From a bacterium (GTDB taxonomy: Bacteria; Fidelibacterota; Marinisomatia; Marinisomatales; UBA1611), in the NCBI GenBank assembly GCA_038127595.1, contig JAYPIC010000012.1, forward strand, positions 1 through 41,026: a stretch of DNA of 41,026 bases, read 5' to 3'. The position numbers and the translations under genes are program-made. The notes under the pieces are model-generated. The model searched no databases. It saw only the letters and a program-made list of their open reading frames with translations, and was not told the DNA's origin. Below are positions 9,462-18,947 of this stretch, one piece after another; within the stretch, counting starts at the first letter, position 1; each line of letters starts with the position of its first letter.

Positions 9462-10682
9462 TTAGCTAAATAATGTTTTTAAGTAAAACAACGGGTTAGA
9501 TAATTCCGTTTTTGGAACATCATTTGCGAGCATGCCTGATATTACGTTTCTAACTTTATCATTTCGGCTTGCTCTATCTATGACAAAATTTAGTAATATT
9601 TTATGATTGGCTAATTTTAATAGAAGGGTACTTGTATCAAGTTCACTTCCTAAATAACCCCACAGTTTTTTATCATAAATAGAAAGATCTTTTTTTGAAA
9701 AATCATTATTTGCTTTCAAAGAAAAAATAACTTTAGCCGCAATTTTTCCTGATTCCAATGCATTACCTATACCCTCACCCGTAAACGGATCAACTAGACC
9801 AGCAGCATCACCAAGAAGCATATACCCATCACCATGGTTATTCCTTCTAATATTACCGAACGGTAAGTTCCAACCTTTTGGTTTTTCTAGTGGTCTAGAG
9901 TTTTCAAATCGTTTTTTAAAATTATTAGAGCTGATTACTTGATTCAAAATTTCATGAAGCTTTTTACTTTTCTTTTTCACCTTACTTTTTAACAAGCCTA
10001 CACCAATGTTAGCGGTCCCACCTCCAGCAGGAAATATCCAAAAATATCCAGGTATCGTTTCATTTACATAATGAAGTTCTATTTGATCTGTCAGTTCATC
10101 AATATTTTCATAATAGCACCTAATACCGACAGCAGTGAAATTATTATCTGCGTTATATGAGCCTGTTTTTCTTGCAACGATGGAATAAGGGCCATCTGCT
10201 CCAAGAATAACATTGCCATAATATTTCTTGGTCTCACCATTTGAAAATTTACCCTCTACCCCAACAACTTTTTCATTATTGAATATTAAATCAGTAACAT
10301 GAAAATCACTTTTCACATCTGATCCTTTACTTGCAGCCGAAAATAAATAATTATCAAACGATTTTCTTGGAATGACATAACCATGTGAAATATGCCTTTT
10401 GTTTAAACTTTTATTTAAATGCAATTCACATTCAGAGTGATTGGGGTTGCCAAAAATTATTCTATTTATTATTGCACCATCAAGCTCGTTCAGACCATCT
10501 AGCAATCCCATTTCATCAAGTAGCTTAACACTCTTTCCAGATAGAGCATCCCCACATACTTTATCCCTTGGGAAACTAGACTTATCTAAAAGGAGAGTCT
10601 TTAAACCTAGCTTATTACAATGAAATGCTGCGCTTGAGCCTGCTGGGCCTGCACCAACGATAATTGCATCATACATCGTCAC
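9462..10682 (-). CDS. Geranylgeranyl reductase family FAD oxidoreductase
   Basis: GAGPAG, FPRDKVCGD, GADG, PGYFWIFP, ANIGVG, GDAAGLVDPFTGEGI. Confidence 0.9.
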   Translation of the reverse strand: MTMYDAIIVGAGPAGSSAAFHCNKLGLKTLLLDKSSFPRDKVCGDALSGKSVKLLDEMGLLDGLNELDGAIINRIIFGNPNHSECELHLNKSLNKRHISHGYVIPRKSFDNYLFSAASKGSDVKSDFHVTDLIFNNEKVVGVEGKFSNGETKKYYGNVILGADGPYSIVARKTGSYNADNNFTAVGIRCYYENIDELTDQIELHYVNETIPGYFWIFPAGGGTANIGVGLLKSKVKKKSKKLHEILNQVISSNNFKKRFENSRPLEKPKGWNLPFGNIRRNNHGDGYMLLGDAAGLVDPFTGEGIGNALESGKIAAKVIFSLKANNDFSKKDLSIYDKKLWGYLGSELDTSTLLLKLANHKILLNFVIDRASRNDKVRNVISGMLANDVPKTELSNPLFYLKTLFS

Positions 10683-11487
10683 TTATTTCTTCAAGATGAA
10701 CGCCAAATGATGGATATACAATACCGAACTTTAAATAATTAATTGTGCGTACGATAAAAAATAAAGTTAATAAATAAATAAAAAACCATGGCGCTCGAAT
10801 ACATGCAAACATCGCGAAAGTAAATAAAGGAAAAAACTGAAGTCTTTTTACATGCCTGACATGATTTGGCCAAACATACATAACTAATGGAAAAAAAATA
10901 GAAACAATACTTACAGTACTAATGATAGGGTCGTCAAAAACATATCCTAAATAAAAAGAAGTAAAAATTAGAATTATGGAAGATCCCATGTAAATAGGAG
11001 TATTTTCCCAACTATCTACAAGCCAATCATCGTTTTCAACATCATATGATATTTTATATTCATAAAAAAGTATTGCGGCAAGAATAAATGAAAAATAAGG
11101 TACGTATCCAGACAAACTAATATCTGCAGAGCCAATGCGTATAGTACCAATGATAAAAAAAGAAAAGTAATATCCTGAATTAAATATTATATCAACATAG
11201 CTTAATCGATTTTTTTCTTGTTTGAGCAAATTAGCACGGACTAAAACATAAAAAAGTACAGTGCTTATTATTAATTTAATTGCACCCTCGTAAAAACCAT
11301 TCCAATCCCAGTAACTGTAGCGATCTATTTGACCTAGTAAATATACATAGCCCGCAATGGTTAAAGACCAAACAGCAAAGAGACATGTTAAATGATTCGA
11401 AATTAAAAAATTATAGTATAAATCAATCTTTTCATTCAATGACTTATAGTTGTTTGATGTTTTGGGAATTAGTCTGGATATTAACAT
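10669..11487 (-). CDS. Multi-pass membrane protein, possibly a divergent UbiA-family prenyltransferase
   Basis: About 8 hydrophobic segments; YDVENDD...TPIYMG resembles the second UbiA Asp-rich motif; overlaps the reductase start. Confidence 0.55.
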   Translation of the reverse strand: MLISRLIPKTSNNYKSLNEKIDLYYNFLISNHLTCLFAVWSLTIAGYVYLLGQIDRYSYWDWNGFYEGAIKLIISTVLFYVLVRANLLKQEKNRLSYVDIIFNSGYYFSFFIIGTIRIGSADISLSGYVPYFSFILAAILFYEYKISYDVENDDWLVDSWENTPIYMGSSIILIFTSFYLGYVFDDPIISTVSIVSIFFPLVMYVWPNHVRHVKRLQFFPLFTFAMFACIRAPWFFIYLLTLFFIVRTINYLKFGIVYPSFGVHLEEISDDV

Positions 11488-11516
11488 TGGTCTCTAAAAT
11501 TTGGATGAAGTAAAAA

Positions 11517-12911
11517 TTAAAAACCAGCCATTTTTTGGAGCGATTGATCAAATAGAAGATCAAAGACCTCATTTATAATTATTAGACCAACAATTAAAGA
11601 TGATATAATTAAACATACTTTTATAACGCTTTGGTAGAAATTCTTTTCATACTTCGTTTCTTTAACACCAATTAATAGTTCATCCAAAAATACCGGTATT
11701 GACCATTTCTTTAATATAAATAATGCAGTCAATGCTCCTCCAATTGGCAGCATATATTTAGATGAAAGTTCATCTAAAAAGTCAAAAAATGAAATCTTCA
11801 TAAAATTTGTAATGTTAAAATCACCAAGAGAAAGAGAACAAAAAACACCGACTAAGGAAATTACCCCTCCAAAAAGGAGCGTAGCTTTATTTCTAGACCA
11901 TCCTTTTTCATCAACGAAAAATGCTGTAATCACTTCTAAAATAGATATAGCGGATGTAAGAGCCGCCATAAAAAGAATAAAGAAAAATAAGGCACCCCAA
12001 ATTACCCCTCCACCAATCTGCGGGAAAATTGTAGGTAACACCACAAAAATCAAACCTGCTCCAGCACTAGGGTCAGCGCCCATTGCAAAAACTATAGTAA
12101 AAATAGCGGTGCCAGCTAGCATTGCTATGAAGGTATCTAGTAGGATTACCCAGATAGCAGAACTGAACAGATTTTGCTTCTTATCAAGGTAACTTCCATA
12201 GGTTATCATCGTACCCATACCCAAGCTCAATGTAAAAAAGGCATGACCTAAAGCCATAACAATACTAGATGGGTTTAGATCTGAAAATTTAGGTTTAAAT
12301 AAAAACTCTAGCCCTTTTTTTCCTCCTTCAAGGCTCAAACCTTTAAAAACCAGAAGACCCAGTATGACGAGAATTAAAGGCATCATAATCTTTGCTCCAC
12401 TTTCAATTCCAGATTTTACGCCTTTAACGATTATACCAATACAAAAAGACATGAATATTAGCTGCCATAGAATAGGCTGAAAACTACTGCCAATAAATTC
12501 ACTAAATACTTTACCTGATGTATCTGGTTGGCCAGAAAGAGCGTCAAAACCACCAGATAATGCCAAAATAGTATACTTTAAGGTCCAACCACCAACAACG
12601 CCGTAAAAAGAGAGAATTACAAATGCAGAAGCAACACCCAAAAATCCAACCCACTTCCATTTTGAAAGACCAGAGAGCCTATTAAAAGCACCCACAGGGC
12701 TTAATTGAGTGTTTCTACCAATAGCAAGCTCACCCAAAAGAATCGGTAGCCCGACAATTAATATGCATATCAAATAAACCACAGTGAAGGCGGCACCACC
12801 ATTTTGGCCGGCCATATGAGGATATTTCCAAATATTTCCTAGCCCGACAGCAGAACCTGATGCAGCTAAAATAAAACCCAGTCTAGAACCCCATTGCTCT
12901 CTATTATTCAT
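11517..12911 (-). CDS. Sodium-dependent amino-acid transporter, NSS/SNF (LeuT-like) family
   Basis: REQWGSRLGFILAASGSAVGLGNIWKYP, GGAAF, FFTLSLGMG, TYGSY. Start moved from 12935 to ATG 12911, which has an AAGGAG RBS and overlaps the upstream stop. Confidence 0.95.
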   Translation of the reverse strand: MNNREQWGSRLGFILAASGSAVGLGNIWKYPHMAGQNGGAAFTVVYLICILIVGLPILLGELAIGRNTQLSPVGAFNRLSGLSKWKWVGFLGVASAFVILSFYGVVGGWTLKYTILALSGGFDALSGQPDTSGKVFSEFIGSSFQPILWQLIFMSFCIGIIVKGVKSGIESGAKIMMPLILVILGLLVFKGLSLEGGKKGLEFLFKPKFSDLNPSSIVMALGHAFFTLSLGMGTMITYGSYLDKKQNLFSSAIWVILLDTFIAMLAGTAIFTIVFAMGADPSAGAGLIFVVLPTIFPQIGGGVIWGALFFFILFMAALTSAISILEVITAFFVDEKGWSRNKATLLFGGVISLVGVFCSLSLGDFNITNFMKISFFDFLDELSSKYMLPIGGALTALFILKKWSIPVFLDELLIGVKETKYEKNFYQSVIKVCLIISSLIVGLIIINEVFDLLFDQSLQKMAGF

Positions 12912-13320
12912 TGGATTCTCCTTTTGTATCCTCAATTGCTGTGTTCATTACTTGGTCAAATGGACTAAGATGCGCATCAACCATAGCATCAATCATGCTG
13001 TAGAAATATATGAATATTACCCACCAAGCATACTTATTTCTTTTCTCTAAATACCTGTTTTTAGGAAGCGGCTTATAAGCAGTGTCATAATCTCTATAAA
13101 TCTTTGCATTTTCTAACCAAGAATATATTGCAAAAGACTCCAGAGCGAACACCAATGAACCTTTCAATAATTTACCGTTATATAGCTGTCCGCCACCTGG
13201 GACTGTTGATAAATAAAAAGCGGTTTTTGGATTTTTATTCAAAGTTGAATCAGTTTTCGTAACTTGAGCCGCAAGAATAATGTTCAAGAAAAAGGATAAA
13301 AATAGGCATTTATGTAACAT
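12904..13320 (-). CDS. DUF5683-like membrane protein
   Basis: KNPKTAFYLSTVPGGGQLYN and C-terminal YSMIDAMVDAHL. Probable start ATG 13320, giving a TAATG overlap with the RidA gene. Confidence 0.75.
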   Translation of the reverse strand: MLHKCLFLSFFLNIILAAQVTKTDSTLNKNPKTAFYLSTVPGGGQLYNGKLLKGSLVFALESFAIYSWLENAKIYRDYDTAYKPLPKNRYLEKRNKYAWWVIFIYFYSMIDAMVDAHLSPFDQVMNTAIEDTKGESNE

Positions 13321-13736
13321 TAACTCTCTATTGCAATACAATCAATTTCTACTCTAGCTCCAAGGGGCAATCCTGCTACCTCCACTGTTGACCTCGCTGG
13401 AAAATTGGTCTTACCAAAGAATTCTATAAATGTTTCATTCAAAATACTAAAATCGTTAAGATCTTTTAGGTAAACATTTAGCTTAACTATGTTAACAAGA
13501 GAAAGATTTTTTGCCTCTAAAATAGCTAGAATATTTTTTAAAACCTGCAAACATTGTGGTTTTACATCATTTGATACCATCTCGCCTGTAGCCGGATTAA
13601 TTCCCACCTGGCCTGAGGTGTATAAAAACCCACCAGCTGATACGGCCTGACTATAAGTACCAACTGCATTTGGTGCATTTTCAGTTTGTATAAGCTCTCT
13701 TATTGGCTTTCTATTTTCAATATCTTTCTTTGACAT
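13320..13736 (-). CDS. RidA/YjgF family reactive intermediate deaminase
   Basis: APNAVGTYSQAV, SGQVG, FPARSTVEVAGLPLGARVEID with the catalytic Arg. Confidence 0.93.
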   Translation of the reverse strand: MSKKDIENRKPIRELIQTENAPNAVGTYSQAVSAGGFLYTSGQVGINPATGEMVSNDVKPQCLQVLKNILAILEAKNLSLVNIVKLNVYLKDLNDFSILNETFIEFFGKTNFPARSTVEVAGLPLGARVEIDCIAIES

Positions 13737-13752
13737 ACCTATTATGAAACTC

Positions 13753-16338
13753 CTATGCTAAAGTGTTTTTGATTAACTCCCCTGTTTTTTTCATCGCATT
13801 ATCAATTGCATTAGAATCTTTACCACCAGCAGTGGCCAAATGAGGTTTCCCACCACCGCCGCCACCCATAAAAGAGCCTATTTCTTTCGCAAGTTTACCG
13901 GCATTTAGCTCTTTTTTAACTAGATCAGCACTAACAACAACCACAGCAGCAGGTTTTTCACCTCCATCATCGAACAAAATTCCAATTCCACTCCCAATAT
14001 TAGAAATGATACGATCACCTAGTCGTTTTAATTCATCAGCATCTCCAATACTTAACTTCCTTACAACAACAACATGATCATTAACTTTGGTTGAGTCTTC
14101 AACCCATTGGGAAATTTCAGATTCATCGGATCTACTTAATAATTTAATTTTTTTCTCGAGTGATTTTTTATCTTCATACAACTGCATTATTCGATCAGAA
14201 AGCTCATCTTCATTACAGTTAAGTCTTCGTTGAATTTCTAATATTAATTCTGATTGGTTTTGAAAAAATTTCAATGCAGCTTCACCGGTAACAGCTACTA
14301 TACGTCGAACCCCGGAAGCTAAAGAGGACTCCTCAACAATTTTAAATAAACCAATATCGCCAGTACTGTTAACATGAGTTCCACCGCATAGCTCATTAGA
14401 AAATTTACCGGTTGAAACTACTCTTACTTGCTCGCCATATTTTTCACCAAAAAGAGCAACGACCCCACTACTTATAGCATCATCATATGCTTTAACTGAT
14501 ATATGTAAACTGCTATTTAATAATATTTGTGAATTAACTATTTGCTCAATTTCTCTAATTTGATCTTTTGATATTTTTTCAAAAAAGGTAAGATCAAAAC
14601 GAAGATAGTCTGGATGAACTAGCGAACCTGCCTGCTGTACCTGATCACCTAATACTGCCTTTAAGGAAGCATGTAATAAATGAGTTGCAGTGTGATTTCT
14701 TTTAACATTATTTCTATGAGATGCATCAACTACACATTGAACATTACTAGCTTTATTCCAGCTCGAGACATCGCCTTTACAGATATGAACTATCATTTCA
14801 CTTTGTTTCTGAACGTCAATAACATTTAACTCATTTCCATCAAAAGATATACTACCTACATCGCCTACTTGCCCTCCAGATTCAGCATAGAATGGGGTTT
14901 TATCCAATACAACGATGTACCCATTTTCAATTTCTGAATACTTGATTACTTTTGAAGTCGTTTTTAAATATTCATAACCAACAAATTCTGAGTCATTTTC
15001 AGCAGATAAATGGGTCCAATTAATATTTTTATCCTGCAATTTAAATTTGCCTGATTCTCTAGCTTTTTCTTTTTGCTTTGACATCTGCAAATGGAAACCA
15101 TCTTCATCTACTTCAATATTATTTTCTCGCGCAATTAGTTGAGTAAGGTCAATTGGAAAGCCGTATGTATCATAAAGCTTAAATGCATCATCACCAGATA
15201 TAACTTTTTCATTCCCTATTGTATCTATCAATTTTTCTAAATGATTAATTCCCCTTCCGAGAGTTTTATTAAAAAGTGTCTCTTCAGTGCCGATTACGAG
15301 TTTAATATGAGTACTCTTCTCATTCAGCTCCGGGTATGCGTCACTCATTAAATCACAAACTGTATGAACAATTTTATGCAAAAATGGTTCATCTAATTTT
15401 AATACTCTACCAAACCTAGAAGCTCTTCGCAATATTCTTCTCAAAACATACCCTCTACCCTCATTTGAAGGAAGTGCTCCATCTGCAATGGAAAAGCAAA
15501 GCATTCTTATGTGATCAGCAATCACCTGAAAAGGGACAGGGTTTTCAATATACCTAATCTCAGACCTTGATTCGATCTCTTTTATGATAGGCTGAAATAG
15601 ATCAGTTTCATAATTACTAGTTTTTCCTTGTAATACGCTAGTAATTCTTTCAAGGCCTGCGCCTGTATCAACATGGCTTTGTGATAATTGCGTTAATGAA
15701 CCATCAGACAAACGCTCGTTCTGAATGAAAACCAAATTCCAAAGCTCCCAATAATCATCATGTTCATTTACACCATCAGAAGATTGATCTGATATATCAC
15801 TACCAATATAATAATGAATTTCGGAACATGGGCCGCATGGGCCAGTATCTCCCATTTCCCAAAAATTCTCCTTTTTACCGAACCACAGTACACGGTCCTC
15901 ATTAATATCTGTTTGATCCAACCATAGATCATAAGCTTCCTGATCATCTTTATAAACTGTTACCCATAATCTATTTTTATCTAGCCCCCATATATCAGTA
16001 AGTAATTCCCATGCCCACTTGATAGCATCTTGTTTATAATAATCACCAAAAGACCAATTACCAAGCATTTCAAAAAAAGTATGATGGAATGTGTCAATTC
16101 CCACCTCCTCCAAGTCATTGTGTTTACCGCTGACACGAATACATTTTTGACTATTGACAGCCCTTACATGATCAGGTTTGGATTCATCTAAGAAGATAGG
16201 TTTAAACTGGTTCATTCCAGCATTCGTAAATAAAAGAGTTGGGTCTCCAATTGGAACTACTGGCGCGCTCCTAATAAACTTATGGTCCTTCTTTTCAAAG
16301 AACTCAATAAAAGATTTTCTTATATCAGATGATTTCAT
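13753..16338 (-). CDS. alaS: Alanine--tRNA ligase
   Basis: DPTLLFTNAGMNQFK, HHTFFEMLGNWSFGDY, GPCGPCSE, DTGAGLER, editing motifs NHTATHLLH and ELCGGTH, GGGGGKP. Confidence 0.99.
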   Translation of the reverse strand: MKSSDIRKSFIEFFEKKDHKFIRSAPVVPIGDPTLLFTNAGMNQFKPIFLDESKPDHVRAVNSQKCIRVSGKHNDLEEVGIDTFHHTFFEMLGNWSFGDYYKQDAIKWAWELLTDIWGLDKNRLWVTVYKDDQEAYDLWLDQTDINEDRVLWFGKKENFWEMGDTGPCGPCSEIHYYIGSDISDQSSDGVNEHDDYWELWNLVFIQNERLSDGSLTQLSQSHVDTGAGLERITSVLQGKTSNYETDLFQPIIKEIESRSEIRYIENPVPFQVIADHIRMLCFSIADGALPSNEGRGYVLRRILRRASRFGRVLKLDEPFLHKIVHTVCDLMSDAYPELNEKSTHIKLVIGTEETLFNKTLGRGINHLEKLIDTIGNEKVISGDDAFKLYDTYGFPIDLTQLIARENNIEVDEDGFHLQMSKQKEKARESGKFKLQDKNINWTHLSAENDSEFVGYEYLKTTSKVIKYSEIENGYIVVLDKTPFYAESGGQVGDVGSISFDGNELNVIDVQKQSEMIVHICKGDVSSWNKASNVQCVVDASHRNNVKRNHTATHLLHASLKAVLGDQVQQAGSLVHPDYLRFDLTFFEKISKDQIREIEQIVNSQILLNSSLHISVKAYDDAISSGVVALFGEKYGEQVRVVSTGKFSNELCGGTHVNSTGDIGLFKIVEESSLASGVRRIVAVTGEAALKFFQNQSELILEIQRRLNCNEDELSDRIMQLYEDKKSLEKKIKLLSRSDESEISQWVEDSTKVNDHVVVVRKLSIGDADELKRLGDRIISNIGSGIGILFDDGGEKPAAVVVVSADLVKKELNAGKLAKEIGSFMGGGGGGKPHLATAGGKDSNAIDNAMKKTGELIKNTLA

Positions 16339-16340
16339 AA

Positions 16341-17921
16341 TTAAAATGAAAAACTGGTTTCAATACTAGTCATATTAATGGTTTCATCTTTACCATTTAC
16401 TTTACCATCACCATCTATATCCCTAAAAGACTGCCTAAAAATGTAATTTAGTATCATTCCATTTCCGAGCTTTATTCCTACTCGATAACCTGATATTGTA
16501 CTTTCAGTAAATTCAAAATCAAATGGATTAGGCACGTTTCTCTGCTGGTAATACCATCTAGCATTAGTAATCTTACTTATCGGTTTTTTTAATCTGATAC
16601 CTGCTATAAAACTCTGATTACGATCATTATTAAAATTATTTTCATTCTCATTCCATTGCTCACCAAATAAATTTTGATATGACATAGAAGCCCCTACCAT
16701 CTCACCAAGATCAATACTCAAAGTAGAAAAATATCCTTTTTGCTTTCCAAATTTACCTAATCTACTATCTTTAGTAATTATTTCTCCAGTTCTTAATCCA
16801 GAATTATCATTCATAAAAGACGATGAAAACGTAGCTCTTTCTATTTCATAAGATCTATCCCAATAACCAAACTCAAACTTTCCAGATGGCATCATTCTAT
16901 ACTCAAATTTAAATCTAGCAGGACCCAACTTGGTTGATAGGCCAAAAGGAATAAACCCATTGCCTAGGGATACCTCTTCAGCGGAAATGGGGTCTACTGT
17001 CTTGCCGATCAGGGATGCAAATTGGGCATAAATTGATACGCTCATATTGCTCTCAGCTAAAATAGTTCTTGAAGCATCTAAGGAAACTGCATAGATAGAT
17101 CTTTTTCTATTTTGGACATTTAATGGTTCAGGCTTACGCATTATGTCTGTGTCCAGAACATATATACTATCAAGGTCCCAACCAGGAATATTACTGTCAA
17201 GTGTATCTGTTACTCCATCACCATCAATATCAAGCTCGTTCGGATCAACGTCAGCAATTCCATCACCATCAGTATCTAACCAATATAATGGATCATCAGG
17301 AAAATCATCAACGAGATCTGGTCTACCATCGTTATCGCTATCCCTGAGTCCCAAATACTGGTTTCGATCTGCGACCAGAGAACCTCCAATATTAATTCCA
17401 TTAATAATATTCTTTGACACTCTAAAACCGGTAAGTCCTAAATTTTCTTTAAAATCGTTAGTAAAACCATAAAAATTAAATCCTGAAACTTTAAACTTAA
17501 TGTCCATTCCTACTTTTCTCACCTGAGGGTATAAAATAGTATTTGTATATCTATTAACCAGAATCCCTTTACCTAATGTGACATTATCTAAAGCTCCGAC
17601 CTGAAAATAAAAAGGATCCCATTTCTTTCCATATCTTATGTAGTATATCTTATCAATGATCGAGTTCTTGGATTTTTTACCATCGGAAAAATCCCATTCA
17701 TCATCATGAATATTACCATTTTGATCGATATAGAAAACGATATCAAGAGCCACAGATACTTTACCGATTGGTATAATTGGTCTTAATGCGACTTGATTCC
17801 AGATTTTTCCATCTATTGTAACAGCGCCAAAAGCTCCTTGCACTGAGCTGGAGCCTAAACCTTGTGAGCTTGCCAAAGATAAAAATAGAAACAAAAAAGA
17901 TATGTGGAATATTTTTGTCAA
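16341..17921 (-). CDS. Predicted outer-membrane beta-barrel with thrombospondin type 3-like Ca-binding repeats
   Basis: Signal peptide, amphipathic beta-strand pattern, C-terminal ...ETSFSF; internal DSDNDGRPD, DTDGDGIAD, DIDGDGVTD repeats; TTG start. Confidence 0.7.
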   Translation of the reverse strand: MTKIFHISFLFLFLSLASSQGLGSSSVQGAFGAVTIDGKIWNQVALRPIIPIGKVSVALDIVFYIDQNGNIHDDEWDFSDGKKSKNSIIDKIYYIRYGKKWDPFYFQVGALDNVTLGKGILVNRYTNTILYPQVRKVGMDIKFKVSGFNFYGFTNDFKENLGLTGFRVSKNIINGINIGGSLVADRNQYLGLRDSDNDGRPDLVDDFPDDPLYWLDTDGDGIADVDPNELDIDGDGVTDTLDSNIPGWDLDSIYVLDTDIMRKPEPLNVQNRKRSIYAVSLDASRTILAESNMSVSIYAQFASLIGKTVDPISAEEVSLGNGFIPFGLSTKLGPARFKFEYRMMPSGKFEFGYWDRSYEIERATFSSSFMNDNSGLRTGEIITKDSRLGKFGKQKGYFSTLSIDLGEMVGASMSYQNLFGEQWNENENNFNNDRNQSFIAGIRLKKPISKITNARWYYQQRNVPNPFDFEFTESTISGYRVGIKLGNGMILNYIFRQSFRDIDGDGKVNGKDETINMTSIETSFSF

Positions 17922-17944
17922 TTTACTTTACTATAGTACTCTAC

Positions 17945-17974
17945 AAATTAGGTTATTTGGTTTTGACGGAACAA
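17945..17974 (-). promoter_or_regulatory. Putative promoter for beta-barrel/alaS unit (TTGTTC-N18-TAATTT)
   Basis: Minus-strand TTGTTC (17974-17969), 18 nt, TAATTT (17950-17945), 23 nt before the start at 17921. Confidence 0.45.
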
Positions 17975-18029
17975 CCTGTAAATAGAACTAGTATTATCAG
18001 AAATAATTAACAAATATTTAAGCGTGCCT

Positions 18030-18227
18030 ATGAATAAAAAAGATTTATTTGCTCCAATTGCAGGAATTATTATTGGCCTTGTTTTAATAATTTCTCCATT
18101 TCTTGCACATGTAAAGAAATCATTAATTCTTTTAGGTATCGTACCACTTTGGATTGGGGCTTATTATATATTTCACCTATCTCATAATCTAAATAAAAAA
18201 AAATCAAATGATGAGGATGGCTCCTAA
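18030..18227 (+). CDS. Small two-TM membrane protein, unknown function
   Basis: MNKKDLFAPIAGIIIGLVLIISPF...LILLGIVPLWIGAYYIF; two hydrophobic helices, overlaps the next gene. ATG 18030 preferred over GTG 18024. Confidence 0.7.
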   Translation: MNKKDLFAPIAGIIIGLVLIISPFLAHVKKSLILLGIVPLWIGAYYIFHLSHNLNKKKSNDEDGS

Positions 18228-18837
18228 TATTAAAGCATTGAGCTATTTGCTTGTAGTTTTCGTGTTCATTTTGCCACAAAAAGGTAAAACCCAAAATACA
18301 CTTAATGACATCAGGTTTAAAAGTAAAGACAACGGAATAATTGTTGAATTCGATTTTGAAAATATAATCTCCCCAGATTCAATCTATTCATGGCAATCTG
18401 ATAATGATTGGTTTTATTTCACACTCCATAATATTACATCAGATACACTATCTTTAATAAATAAGACGTCCTACACCTCCCCGATACTTGCTTTTCAGCC
18501 AATTATAAATGACAAAACTACCCAAATAGGTATTAGACTTGCTCAAAGAGTAGAATCGTTTGAGCTGTATAAAAAAAACAAAACAAATTCAATTAACGCA
18601 CATTTACATTACTCTCTGGAGAAATTCAATGAGATACCAATGGCAATGAATAAGAACCAAAGTCAAAGAGAGTTTGATAATAGTTTTTCCCGTTCAAAAA
18701 ATTGGATGTTATTAATTGGAAGTGGTTATGTTATTTCTGGTTTGGTCTCAAAGGATGAAAAAAATAAAAACTTGGAGATTGGGCTAAGCACAATTTTTTT
18801 AACATATGTAATTAACAAGGTCTTCCATCATACATGA
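18208..18837 (+). CDS. Exported or membrane-anchored hypothetical protein with AMIN-like beta domain
   Basis: N-terminal signal/TM, beta-rich segment (KDNGIIVEF...NDWFYFTL...TQIGIRL) and C-terminal hydrophobic segments. The AMIN resemblance is by eye only. Confidence 0.6.
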   Translation: MMRMAPNIKALSYLLVVFVFILPQKGKTQNTLNDIRFKSKDNGIIVEFDFENIISPDSIYSWQSDNDWFYFTLHNITSDTLSLINKTSYTSPILAFQPIINDKTTQIGIRLAQRVESFELYKKNKTNSINAHLHYSLEKFNEIPMAMNKNQSQREFDNSFSRSKNWMLLIGSGYVISGLVSKDEKNKNLEIGLSTIFLTYVINKVFHHT

Positions 18838-18947
18838 AGTCATATTTGATATATTTTTCTTTAATCTGGGCATTAGTAATAATTTTAATGGGTTTATTCA
18901 TTCGATTTAGACATAAACATCATTTTTCTGAAGATGAAGATCAATAA
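18834..18947 (+). CDS. Unannotated 37-aa single-TM small protein
   Basis: MKSYLIYFSLIWALVIILMGLFIRFRHKHHFSEDEDQ*. ATG overlaps the upstream TGA (ATGA) and the ORF overlaps the downstream gene by 14 nt, filling the whole gap. Confidence 0.65.
   Translation: MKSYLIYFSLIWALVIILMGLFIRFRHKHHFSEDEDQ

Noticed and set aside
12912..13341. Longer starts for the NSS transporter (12935) and DUF5683-like gene (13341)
   Set aside because: The internal ATGs at 12911 and 13320 give stop/start coupling, and 12911 has an RBS and a family-typical N-terminus.
17200..17345. Repetitive DNA (ccatcacc/atcaat-like) as a possible repeat array or CRISPR
   Set aside because: Explained by DxDxDG protein repeats; no identical repeats with spacers.
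1364..17472. Short plus-strand ORFs opposite housekeeping genes (e.g. 1364-1573, 2215-2469, 4440-4640, 5874-6152, 6890-7183, 11812-12192, 17143-17472)
   Set aside because: They lie antisense to well-supported genes and have no recognisable motifs; expected shadow ORFs.
17929..17938. 10-bp palindrome TACTATAGTA upstream of the beta-barrel gene
   Set aside because: Short, AT-rich and no second copy noticed; compatible with chance.
18834..18947. 37-aa ORF as the missing capE/pgsE
   Set aside because: It is over 14 kb from pgsBCW on the opposite strand, with no similarity I can support.
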